DNA of 50,000 nt from Chiloscyllium plagiosum. Its lineage: Eukaryota. Where the stretch lies: contig NW_025214742.1 in NCBI RefSeq assembly GCF_004010195.1, positions 1-50,000 of the forward strand, written 5' to 3'. Within the stretch, counting starts at the first letter, position 1. Each line of letters begins with the position of its first letter. Position numbers and translations under genes: made by a program. The notes beneath the pieces are model-generated. The model was not told the origin of the DNA. It saw only the letters and a list, made by a program, of their open reading frames with translations, and searched no databases. Shown here in pieces: positions 23,501-35,324 of this stretch.

Positions 23501-24199
23501 TACTATTTGTGGGGAATGTGAGGTTGACCAAGGAGCACTGGAATTGTCATGGTCAGCTATGACTAAGATACAAGCAAGGAGTTCATAACCAGAATGAGGC
23601 TAAGTTGGGCCATAGTTACATGTTAGATTACTCCAAGCACTTTTGGTACCCCATTACACAAACTTAATCTGTGGAGAGGTTACAGCGTAGAAGCACCACG
23701 TTGAAGTCAGTTATACCTATGGAAAACTACACTTGTGGCTAGAATTAAGGCGTTGTGACAGACTCATTTAAATTTTCTCCCAACTTTCTCTAGCCTTATT
23801 TTAAATAACCAAGGAATCTGGGGTGACGTTTTGTAGGGGAAAGGCTTCATTTGTGGAAATTACTAGGATCAACACTTAGAACTTTGACAAGAGGGCCAGG
23901 GATATTTCTCTGCAGGAATGTTGGAAATTGTGTGCTTTGCCACAGGGGCTGGTTGAGGTATCTTTGCCTCTTTCGTGACATCAAACATCCAGTCAAAGCA
24001 GTACAAGACAAGCTGGTTTTGTCTTGCTCTAGTGGTGTCCACCTGGACTAGATGGGCTGAATGTCCCATTTCTGTGCTTAAGGTTTTGTTAATGAGCACA
24101 TAAAGACAATGATTGTCAGAATCACTTAATTGGCAGTAAAAATGCTTTGGAATCTCTTGAGATGCATCATAAGTTAAAGAATAATGTAAAAGTAGGTAA

Positions 24200-25300
24200 G
24201 CAATGGCTACAGTATTTTAATCCTCCTGAGAAATGGGAACTGTGCAGAAGGCTGCAAATATTACAACCTTTTATCAAAAGGATGGGGCTGAGGATAAGCA
24301 GACCAATCAGCTCTACATCAATTGCAGAAAAATCTGATTAATTCAGGACAAAGTTGATATTTGAAAAAATATGGGTTTTAAATGAAAACCAACATTTGCT
24401 AAATTTAAATCATTTTTGAATAATTTGGGTTCTTTAAAAATAACAAGGCAGACAAGAGTAATGTAGGACATATGTACCTGGACCTATGGACTGCTTCTGT
24501 AATGGACACAGATATAATACTCATTTGTTCTTAACTTAGTGTTTGCTTGAATTTAGCAAACTAGTGGAGTGGAAAAAAGCAAATGTAATACACTTCAGGG
24601 AAAAAAAAGGAGGAAGACTGAATGTAGACATTGGGCTAATTGGTCTACAGTTTCCTGTCATTAAGAAAATGAAATAATCTATTTCTAGAGTGTGGAACAT
24701 TTTTTTAAAAAACCGAACACAATTAGAGGGCCTGTGAAGTAATGTATGCAAGCCTTTTTAAAGGTGATAGCATGAATTGAGAAGACTGCCTTTGCCTTTG
24801 TTAAAAACATATGGAATCTTGTAATTAATTAGAGACTTGGAGCACAACAAGGAGGCTATGCAAAATCTTTATCAACCCTGGTGAGGGCCCAACTGGAGTA
24901 TCATAGCCAATTCTGGATGTCATGTTTTCTTTTGAAGACCTTGGAGGGCGATGATGAGATTTAATAGGATTTGTCCATAAAATTGATCCAGGAATTCTTC
25001 TTCTTTCTGGAAGATTTAAGGGTAGACTCAAGTGTACAAAACATTGAAGCATTTTATTAGAGTAAATGAGAATCTGCTTCTAATAGTAGGAGGCTTGATA
25101 AACAGAAGACACCAGTTTAAAGTAATTAAAAAATGAATCTGACAATTTTTTTAAATAGAAGATATTGTGAACTGGAGTACACTGCCTGAAGCTTTGGTGA
25201 AATCTGAGTCCAAAATATTTTGTATGGAATTGAATAAATGCTTAATGTGGGAAAATAAATACTAGGCTAAGGGAAAGAACAGGGGAATGAATAAAAACAT
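24200..25300 (+). mobile_element. Very old CR1 ORF2 remnant
   Basis: Traces of RPISSTS, YLD and LVRPQLEY-like motifs. Confidence 0.55.
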
Positions 25301-26094
25301 TTTGGTATAATACAGTTGGCTTCCTATTTTCATTATTTTCTTCAGCTACACATTTTTGTTAGAAATACTACTGAGCAACAAAGATATGTAGTTAGTAAAA
25401 GTAAGCATTTAAGTATTGAAAACAGAAGATTAAAAAACAAGAAATGGCTGGTTTGAAAGTGACTGAAAATTTTGAAGAAAGGTCTACTTGAAATGTTAAC
25501 TATTTACTGCTGTCTGTGTTATTGCTTGCACTTCTATTTGATGTCTAGAACTGTAGATTTTACTTTTCTTGACTCTGCAATTCATCATAAATGAGAGATT
25601 TATCTTTCTATTTAGAAAGATATATCCTTCAATTCAACGTATTTGTTCTACTCCCGTGTGCTAACATTCATTGTAATTCGATTGATGTTTGAAATTGATT
25701 ATAAAATTATCTATAGTGTGGTGAAGTGATTCTTGGTGAACTCTAGTGAAAGCGTGTGTACTGAGTCTGTGAACTGTGCCAGTTACTACTATTATTGCTA
25801 TACCACCTTGCTTCTATCCTGATTGTACGAATATGGTTTTGTTTCATTGCACTTTTAATGTTTTTAATAAACTCAACCTCTTCATTCATTACCATATCAG
25901 TTTATCAAATTAAGTATGAAATTTGTGGATAAAATACTTATGGTTGAAGTATGCTGGTAGATTTATGACCATACATTGTAAATGATTAAGAAAAATATTC
26001 ATGTTCTGAACCTGTTCTCGCAAAGTTAATGACAATCTTCATGCAAACAGACCTTTGCCAGCTAAATCAGTCATCTAATTTTGATGTCATACAC

Positions 26095-27182
26095 TGGATA
26101 TCAACATCTTCTGGGTCACCATTGACTAGAAACTGAACTAGGCTAAACTTAGATGCCATCTTTACAAGATCGGGTCAGGCTGGGAATTGTGCAGTGCTTA
26201 GCTTACCACCTGTGGTGAAACGGTTAAAAATTATGTCCCAATACATGTGTGAATCTAACCGGAATGGAGGTGTTGCTTAGTCCTGTGTGAATCTTATTAC
26301 ACACCTCCCCGTGTGAATCTTCTTATCTGTATGTAACCAGAATGGAATGTGTTTTTTAGCCTTGCTCTGCTGTTCACATGAATGTTTATATCTGGAAAAG
26401 AGTATATCAGCTGGAAAAGTCTCCAGTTCGGTGAGTCTGCTCCGGGGTTGCGTTTAACCGCCGAGCGTGGGTTGTTGGCAACCGCTCTACGAGAACTGAC
26501 GGCTCCCAGTTCCGGTAACATGTAGAGTGAGTATAAGCCAGACCCGTTGTAAGTATGAGACCTGGTTGTGGCGACGCTGCGGGGAATAAAATGCTCATAT
26601 TCTAGCAGACTCGCCTCTTGGTCGTTTGTTCTGTGTCAGACTACTCTCCTACGAACCTGACCTTGAGAATTTTTTAAAACACCACCTGACTTGGAAAAAC
26701 CTGCCCACCATCTATAAGGCACAAGTCAAGTATGAAAGAATACTGTTTACGTGTCTGAATGACCAACCGCATCTGAGAGGCTTGACACTATGAAGGACAA
26801 AGCCTACTTGATGGCACCCCATCTAATATGTTTGGAATTTATTGCTTCCTCCACTAATACAGTGGCAACAGTTTATACCATCTGCAAGATGCACTACAGC
26901 AACTCACTAAAGTTGTTTTATTTGCATTTTCTAAACACAACCTTTACCACCTAGCAGGTCAAGGGCGGCAGATGGAGAGAGTCCTTGCCATTTGTAGGTG
27001 ATACATTTTCAGGAAAATCCAACAAATTGTGAAAGAACAAAAATTATTTCCCAAAGGAATGAATTAATTTTCAGCATGGACTACAGTTGTTCCAGAAAGC
27101 AGCTCATCATCTTCAAAGGTAATTAGGAATTATCAACAAATACCACTTTGCAAGCAATGCCCACATTCCATGAATTAATTTG
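26095..27182 (+). mobile_element. CR1 (second family) 3' fragment interrupted by a solo LTR
   Basis: Similar to 1190-1782 on both sides of 26211-26681. Confidence 0.75.
26211..26681 (+). mobile_element. Solo LTR (471 bp) with 5-bp target site duplication
   Basis: CCACC|TGT...ACA|CCACC; TATAA 26532-26536; AATAAA 26585-26590; CpG-rich. Confidence 0.88.
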
Positions 27183-27744
27183 AAAATAGTATTTCTAAAT
27201 GCTAGCTACTTTTCTGTATTTAACATTTTTTCATGTAATCACTTTGTGTTGCACTATCAACTTTCACCTACAGATTGGTTGCGAAGATATAAAGTTATGC
27301 AGTTTAATTACATGGGTGACTGACCTAAGAACAGTGCTTTTTGTTTTCCGTTGGGATTTAATGCAGAAGCTGTGATATTGTGTTTCTTTAAAATAAATTG
27401 TTAGCTTATACATTTTTTAAGTAACTGTGCCAAATAGTTACGTTAATATAGAATCATTTCAACAATAAGATCATGATACGGTGAGAGGCGAATGCTTTTG
27501 TTCAAAGTTAATTCTGAAAGGAATTAAGGGTTATGGTTAGAGGGTGAGTAAGAGGAGCTGAGGTCATGGAAAAATCAGCCATGAGCTTATTGAATGGTGA
27601 GGGGCCAGATGACCTCCCCTTGCTCCTCGTTCCTATGTTTTTATACCTGTGAGCATGTTATACCACTTGCCAGCTGTTCCAGATGTCACCTTAAATTATA
27701 ATTGTTTCAAAATTATTGGTTTCTCCAAGCACTTCCAACCCTGC

Positions 27745-29310
27745 ATTTTTAAAGTTCATTAATGGGATGTGGGTGTTCATTCAGCTGACATTTTATTGCT
27801 CATTCCTAACTTTTTGACACTGAACTATCTTCTTGATCCACTGCGGTCCATGTGGTTAAGCTATTCCCATGGTGCTGCTAGAATAGTGTTCCAAGATTTA
27901 CTTCTGTTGACAAATGAAGATGTGATATTTCCATGTTGGATGGTCTGATTTGGAGGGTAACTAGGAGGTAGTGGTGCTTGTGCATCTCCTACCCTATTCT
28001 CGTATTGAAAGCTGGTTGTGGATTTACAAGATGCTGTTAAAATGGCCTGAGTGATTTTTCTGCAGTGCATCTTGAAACTGGGACAGTCTGCAGCCATTGT
28101 GCACTGGTTGTGGAGTGAGTGGATGTTTAAGGTGTCAATCAAACTAGTTTGTCCTGGATTATGTCAACCCTGTTTTATTGGAGCTGTACTCTATTTAGGA
28201 AATGGAGGGTTTTCCATCACACTCCTGACTTGGGTCTTGTGGATGGTGTAAAGGCTTTTAGGACATGAAGTGAGTTACTTCTCACAGAATACCCAGCCTG
28301 CTGTTGAGGGTAACAGCATGTCTGTGGTTGGTCTACTTTAAATTCTGGTCAGTGGCAACTTATCAATGCCACCTAACATCTGATAATGCTATTGAACATC
28401 AAGGGGAAATTGTTTAGTTGGAGATGGTCATCACCTGGTAATTTTATTATATAAATGTCCTGACAAACAGTACAGTGATAGCTTTTGGAGAGCAAGAATA
28501 TCTTTGCTAGCTGTGAACTCCAGGCACAAGGGTGATTTCCCCTAACCTGGCCATTATTAAGAAAGCTCCTTGGAGGCAAACATGGTCAACTGTTACCTTT
28601 GTCAAGGTCAGCCATTCTTCCTTACATTACCTGAAATCTGGCTTTTTGTCCATAAACTAAGGCTGCAATCCAGTCTAGGACCAAGCGGTTCTAGCAGAAC
28701 CCAAACTGACTTTCAGAAAGCAGGTTCTTGTTAAGTGGTATTTGAAGCACTATCGGTGACACTTTTTTTAAAGAATAGATTGCTGGCACAGTGCTCATCA
28801 CAGATGTACAGCATGGAAACAGACCCTTTGGTCCAACTTGTCCATGCTGACCAAATATCCTAAATGAATCTAGTCCCATTTGTCAGCAGTTGGTCAGTTT
28901 TTCTCAACTCTTTCTACTCACATACCCATTTCAGATGCCTTTCAAATGTTGTTGTAATTATGCCAGCCTCCCCTACTTCTAACAGCTCATTCCATACATG
29001 CAACGACCTCTGAAAAAGTGACTCATTCTGCCTTCTTGCAAATCAGATGGTGTGTAACCTTGGGCAGAATTGAGATGCATCCTTATACCTCTGTGGAGTT
29101 GAGTCCTGGGTGACTTTTAATTTGTTATAGTTGGCCTTGTAGTTGTATTGAGAATGTTTCCTGAAGGACTGCTACTTCGGAGCATACATTTTGAGGCACT
29201 AAAACTAGAGTATTGTCAGAGCCCATAATCTTTGCTGCATCCAGAGCTTTCAGCTTTTTCTTGATGTTAGATGGAGTGAATGAATTAACTTAAAAGTTGG
29301 TGATGGTGGG
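27745..29310 (-). mobile_element. Old CR1 (second family) fragments with a HER1 tail inserted at ~28800-29010
   Basis: Reverse-strand similarity to 1190-1782 and 10075-10374; CAGCATGGAAACAGACCC tail. Confidence 0.7.
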
Positions 29311-29686
29311 TGTTAGGTTTATTTTTCTCAAGGTTTCGGGCACACCAACCTCTGTGAACAGTTAGTTTATTAAAGCTCGTATAAGTTAGGTGACCCCTTT
29401 TGACCCACCCACCCCCCCACATTACAGGCATGTGAGATTGAGTCAAATTGAGGCCCTGAACAAAGGAAACACATCCCTTTTATACAGGTCAGTTGGCCGC
29501 GCCTACAGATGCTCTGGCCATGCCCCCAAGTCACATGCCACTCCAGTTATCTCAGGTAGAGAGTAACATGTGACTATGGCAGGATGCGATCATCTTCTGA
29601 GATAATGCTAATGCCCTAATTCTGGGGAATTGTTATGCAGACAATTTCCTGACTCAGTGATTCCTCAAGACCATGCAGGTGCAACA
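29311..29686 (-). mobile_element. Possible solo LTR
   Basis: TGTT...AACA ends; minus-strand TATAAAA (~29484-29478) upstream of AATAAA (~29371-29366); no clear target duplication. Confidence 0.4.
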
Positions 29687-30419
29687 TACCTCTGGCCAGA
29701 AAGCGTTTCTGGATGGAAGAGATTGAATTATAGTTTAACTTGACAGTAGCAGGGGAGTAATAGCAAGTAACTGTCTAAATGAAGTGTAAATTATAATGGA
29801 TGGTCATCCGCATTCTTCATAATTGTCGTCCCTACCCAAAGACAGACAGTGCAGTTTGACCCTTTTAATATTATATTACATGTTCAGAGATTCCCACTGT
29901 AATGTTAAAAGATTAAACGGGAATCTCAGGAGGAGGCTGATATATATAATCAACTGAGCAACTTTGGCTGAGAATAGATTGGATGATTTGAGCATTCTGT
30001 CACTTATTGGGCTTGGCCAGTGTTGAAGATGGAGATGTGTGTGGAATTCCCCTCCTGGCAAGATGTTGATCAGTGAGAATGAGGTCAGTGAAGTTTTTCC
30101 CTTGCCACAGGCCCAGTTTGGAAGATTAGTCTTTCTGGCTAGGGTGGTGCAATTTAGCTACCTCCCACCCAGAGTATGTTCTGTAACTCTTTTTTTTTTT
30201 ACTTCCAAGTGGCTTGTCAACTGTGTGGGAGGATATGTGGTGAGCAGGAGGAAGTTTCATTTTTCAATGTTGACCATGTTTTGAATATTGTCCAACAAGT
30301 CTGTTGAGACCTGACACCTCCATCCTAGGGTTCTGAGATGCATTGATAGTGGATGTGCTAGTAGTGAGGTCCAAACGTCGATACAATCATGAGTGGTCCC
30401 ATTGATTTGGAAGTTGGAA

Positions 30420-31250
30420 GGTGTTGCTTTTTTTTTCAGAAAAGGAGGCGTTGAGCAAAACTGGAAACTACAGGCCAGTTAGCCTAACACTAATTATTGG
30501 GAAAATTATGGCAACGATTTAAGGAAATTTTTATGCACTTAAAAAAAAAAACTGCAATTAAAGTAAGTCTGTGGTTTTACTAAAAGAAAAGCCCTGTTTG
30601 ACAACTTTTTGAGGATTTACCTAATAAAGCAGTTAACAGGAATAAGTAGATGTCACATGTGTACTAAGATTTCCAAAAAAAGTATTTGATAAAATTCCAC
30701 ACAGGTTAATAGGAAGGGTAATAGCTCATGGGTTTGAGGTAATTTATGAACAATACAGTATTGGTTGATGGACAGAAACAGAATGACCATACTTCATGCA
30801 TTTTCTAGTTGGCAGGTAGTGAAGAGTCAGTGCTGGTGTCTTGGCCATTTACGGTCTACATTACGCTCTCACCAATTCATTAATGTCCCAGTTGGGAAGG
30901 TAAGTTGTGGGGATGACGGAGATATTACATTGTTTGGAAGTGGACAACATGATGGCGGATGGATTATTCGCCTTGCTGAGAACAATACAAAAGCAGAATG
31001 TTTTAAAAATGTGAAACTTGTGTTGAAATTCAGATGTGAGTATACGTATACAAGGTATGGTGAAAGTTAGAAATGCAGGTATAGCAAACCAGTAGGAAGA
31101 CAACTGCTATAACGTCATAGCAGGAGAGAAATCTTGATAGAAATTTGTAGGGTTTTTGAGACCACATATGGAGTGGTATCCACATTTAGGGGAAAAGAAT
31201 ACATTTGCATTAGACTCCAGTAAAGGTTGCTGGAATGATGAGAGTATGTT
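30420..31250 (+). mobile_element. Very old CR1 RT remnant
   Basis: GGAAACTACAGGCCAGTTAGCCTAAC (GNYRPVSL) and DFQK..FDKIPH traces. Confidence 0.65.
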
Positions 31251-32329
31251 CATGATTGGAAGCTTCCAGGAATACATGCATAAAGTTTCTGCATGTACTA
31301 ATCTTGGCATATTGAGGCTAAACGTGCTATAAATCTCTTGTATTATTGCAAGCTATTGAATACAAGTGAAGGTTATTCTTGCGACATGAGCTGTTCCAGT
31401 TCATTGAAAGAAACATACAGATCTTATGTGGTGTAGGGAAATCAGTGGAGATAATGGTGTTTGCTTTGCTTGCTTTCAGGTGAGTTTAATTATTAGCCAA
31501 ACTCTTAAATTGATAACCTAATACTTGCACTTGTTTTGGGCTTTGCTCTCCTGGCCTTTTTCACAATGAAGCTGTTAGTTGTTTTTTGCAAGCAATTTTT
31601 TTTAAAAATTAGGATTAGAAATGTGGTTAGTTTAATGTATGATGGAGAACTCCAGATGGCAGGTTGCAAACAGCTGTTTGTATTGACTTGTCTCATCCCA
31701 TCCCTTAAGCAGATGCTTACTCTATCCTCCATGTTTAGAGCGCATTCTCAAAGCTTGTTTGATTCGAGGCATTTGTTTGATTGTGCAGGTGGTTATGTTC
31801 AATTCCAGTGACTGTGTGGAATAGATGGCAGCAGCTACATGTCCCACCTGATCTATTCCTTTCCAACAGGAAGGGCATTTAGGGGTATTCAGCAGTTGGC
31901 TAATCTGGTGTCGCCTGCTTCATGCTCCATCTGAAATTGCATGATGCCTGCTCAAAATGTTTTACTGTCTGGTTTGTTTTACTCGTGTATATAACTCCAC
32001 TTCTAAATGCCAACTGATGTTTTAACTTAAATAGATACAGAAAATATTAGACCAGTTAACTGTTTGGCAAAGAAATGCTAGGATGGTTCTTATCTGTGCT
32101 TTACCATGTATCTAATCTCAGCAAATAGAGCAGAACGCATTGTACCGGAAAGGAACGTTTTTTTAATTCAGTGATTTTGTGTACACAAAACCTGACTGGG
32201 TTTGTTTGTAGGTTGCCTTAGAGATGCATCTAAGCAGACAAGGATTGCAGTTATACAAGCTTAAACCTATAGTTGAACCTGAATCTATTTGATTTTAGTG
32301 AAATGGGGAGCTGTCGCTGTGTAATGTAA

Positions 32330-33120
32330 ACCAACAACTTTAAATTAGACAAAAGTTCTGAACTTCACAAGGACAGTTAGTCATAAACAGAGACGCATGA
32401 AATATTGGTCATAGGCTTTAACAACATTTCAAGAGGAAAGGAAAATGGGGTTTGGGAGATTAGACTGCTGAACACGGCCACTAATGGTGGACAGAGGAGA
32501 ATGAAGGGTGTGGAAGAAGGGAGAAGTGTATACGAGTGTTGCTGTAGCATTGAAGGAGGTCACAAAAGTAGGGAGAGAATGAGGACCTAGTAGTATTTGA
32601 AAGCTTAATAGCATAGCCAGAGCAGGAGCTATTGTAAGTCAGTATAGGGGTGATTGATAAACAGGACTTGGTGATTAGGAAATTGGCAGCAGAATTTTGG
32701 ATACCCAAATGTTTATTGTGCAGGTCTAGCCAGGAGAGTGTTAGGGAGTTGAATCCGTGTACAACAAGTTCCCATGAAGGTTTCAATAGCAGCTCAGTTG
32801 AGGCCAGGATTAAATGCCGGTAATGTTTCATAAGTGGAAGTAGCCTATTGTGGTATAAACCATCTGAGGTTGGAAGCTTCACTCAGCATGTAGTAAAATG
32901 TTACAGTCTTAAAACAGTAGCCAGGGAGAGGGATGGAGTCATTGGTAGCTAGTGAATAGAGCAGAGGCTGAAAGTAATGATTCCTAATCTCTTAATATTT
33001 AATCAGAAGAAATTTTGCCTCATAGGATTGGATGTCAGAAATATGACAAATCAGACAATGGTATGTTTGAGAGAGATTATGCTAATATAGAAGGCCAGAT
33101 ATCGTCATACACATGAACCC
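32330..33120 (-). mobile_element. L2-clade LINE 3' remnant
   Basis: Minus-strand LVVHGF..IQNSAANFLITKSCLSITPIL resembles the L2 ORF2 C-terminus (QNSAAR..ITPVL). Confidence 0.6.
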
Positions 33121-33947
33121 ATTAGGTATGAAATTCAAGGTGACCAAAAGCAACATTTGTGCCTCCTACAATATATGGATGTTAATGGCAGTACTTTTGA
33201 CTGTATTAGGTAAATGTTTTGTTTTTAATAAAGTTTAAAAACTTGCTAATTTCTGTTGTTATGCTCACTATTCTCAGTGCTTCTGTGCACCTATAAACAA
33301 ATCTGTTTTTTTAGCTTTAGTCTGTACATTGATAGCAACGTATTTTTCATAATCAGAGCCATGGGCATTGATGTAACTATTGGAGCTCACCTGCAATCAG
33401 CAAGATGTCACTGTTTTTCAGGATGTTATTTCAGAAATTCAGTTATAGCTGGGGTCAGGGAAATTATGATGCGGTGAGGCATGACTTAGGATGTGTGGCT
33501 TGGAAAAGTAGACTCCAAGGCAAGAGTGTACTGCGCTGTATTCTTCTATGTTCTATGTTCTAAATGTTGCTCATGGAGTAGATATTGAGTCTGAGTCTGT
33601 TCTTTCATCATGAGCATACAACAAAAGTGTTGGGACAAAAGTTCCATTAGTACAATCCAACAATCAGCATGAGGGAATATACTGGAAATCACTGTACTGC
33701 AAGGGATTTTTTTTTTCAGCTTCTCCATCCTCCCTCATGCTGTGGATGTTGGCTGCCTGTTAGGGATATTTTCACAGGTGATTATCCGAATTGCGTTTGT
33801 GATATCATCTCTATACCACAGGTAAACACAGATTTTGTATCCCACCTTGTCTCTGATCACTTGAAGTGCGGTGTTTTATTGGAAGTTCCTATGGAAACCT
33901 AATAGCTTAATGTTAGTCTAGACACTTGTGGCAAAATAATATAATAA

Positions 33948-35112
33948 AAAGCCACAGAACTGTGGATGCTGGAAATCAGACACCAAAACAGAAATTGCTA
34001 GGAAAACTAAGCAGGTTTGGAGAAAGCAAAGTTAATGTTTCGGATCCAGTGATCTTTCTTCCTAACTGATTTGTAGTTAGGAAAGGGTTGGGGCAGAGTA
34101 AACAATAGATAGAATTGAAGTCCAGAGAGAGCAAGAACAGCTAGCAGACAAAGGACCAGGTAAACCTCAGCCTGGGGAATTTGTGACCATTTGTGGCAGA
34201 CAATGAATGGCTGTCCTAGTCAGCTATACAACATGGAAACAGACCCTTTGGTCCACCCCGTCCATGCTGACCAATTATCCTAAACTTATCTAGTCCCATT
34301 TGCCAGCATTTGGCCCATATTTCTCCTTATTCATGGACCCATCCAAATGCCTTTTAAATGTTGTAATTGTACGTATCATCACCTCCACCCCCACCTCTGG
34401 CAGATTGTTCCATATGTGCATAATTGTTTGTGTGAAAAAGTTATCCCTCAGTTACTTTAAATCTTTTCCCTCTCTAGTTTTGGACTCCCTTACCTGAGGG
34501 GGGAGAGAAAGACCGTTGCTATTTACCTTATCTGTGCCCCTCAATATTTACGAACTTTAAGGTCAGCCCTCACTCCAGGGAAAAATGCCTCCACCAATTC
34601 AGCCTCTTTAAAGGTCAAACCGTCCAGTCTCACCAAAATCCTTGTAAATCTTTTCTGAACCCTTTCAAGTTTCACAACACCTTTCCTACATCAGAGGCCA
34701 GAAATGAACGCAGTATTCTAAAAGTGGCCTAACCAATGTCCTGTACAGTTGCAACATGACATCCCAACTGCTGTAACTCCTAGCACTTCACTTGTGCTAG
34801 GAGCCCATGTGATGATGAGACCTAGTGTGTAGGGTTGAGGTAAGGAGATGGGAGAAGGTGCCTAAATAATTGAACTCTCTCTAATGAGCCCTGAAGACTG
34901 CAGGGCCCTTATCTGTCCAACTGCTGGTCTCTGGCTCTATCTTAATTTATAATTTCTTCTTCCCTCCCCTTGCCCCACCTCATCATCTGCATACACACCA
35001 AACTTTTCCTAGCTGCAGTCAGTTCTGAAGAAAGGTCAGTGGACCCAAACATTAACCCTGTTTTCTCTCCATAGATGCTGACAGACCTGAGTTCTTCCAG
35101 CAATGTTTTTAT
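33948..35112. mobile_element. Family D element with inverted terminal copies, split by a HER1 fragment (minus, ~34230-34775)
   Basis: 33985-34090 and 35000-35112 are reverse complements; each has a decayed hammerhead core. Confidence 0.7.
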
Positions 35113-35324
35113 TAATGTTTGTACATAGTGAATTGTAATGAATGTCTTTTAGATTCTTCAATGCCATAATTTGAAAGTCTCCTTCCAAATATGTTTTGCG
35201 TTTTTTTTTTACTTAGGAATAGCTTTTAGTTATGTTGGTTTAAATGTTACAAAGAATTTTTGTATTTGTGAATTTCCTACTTCAAGGTTTTTTGAGTGGT
35301 AGTCTTGGGCTTGCCTGGATGATC

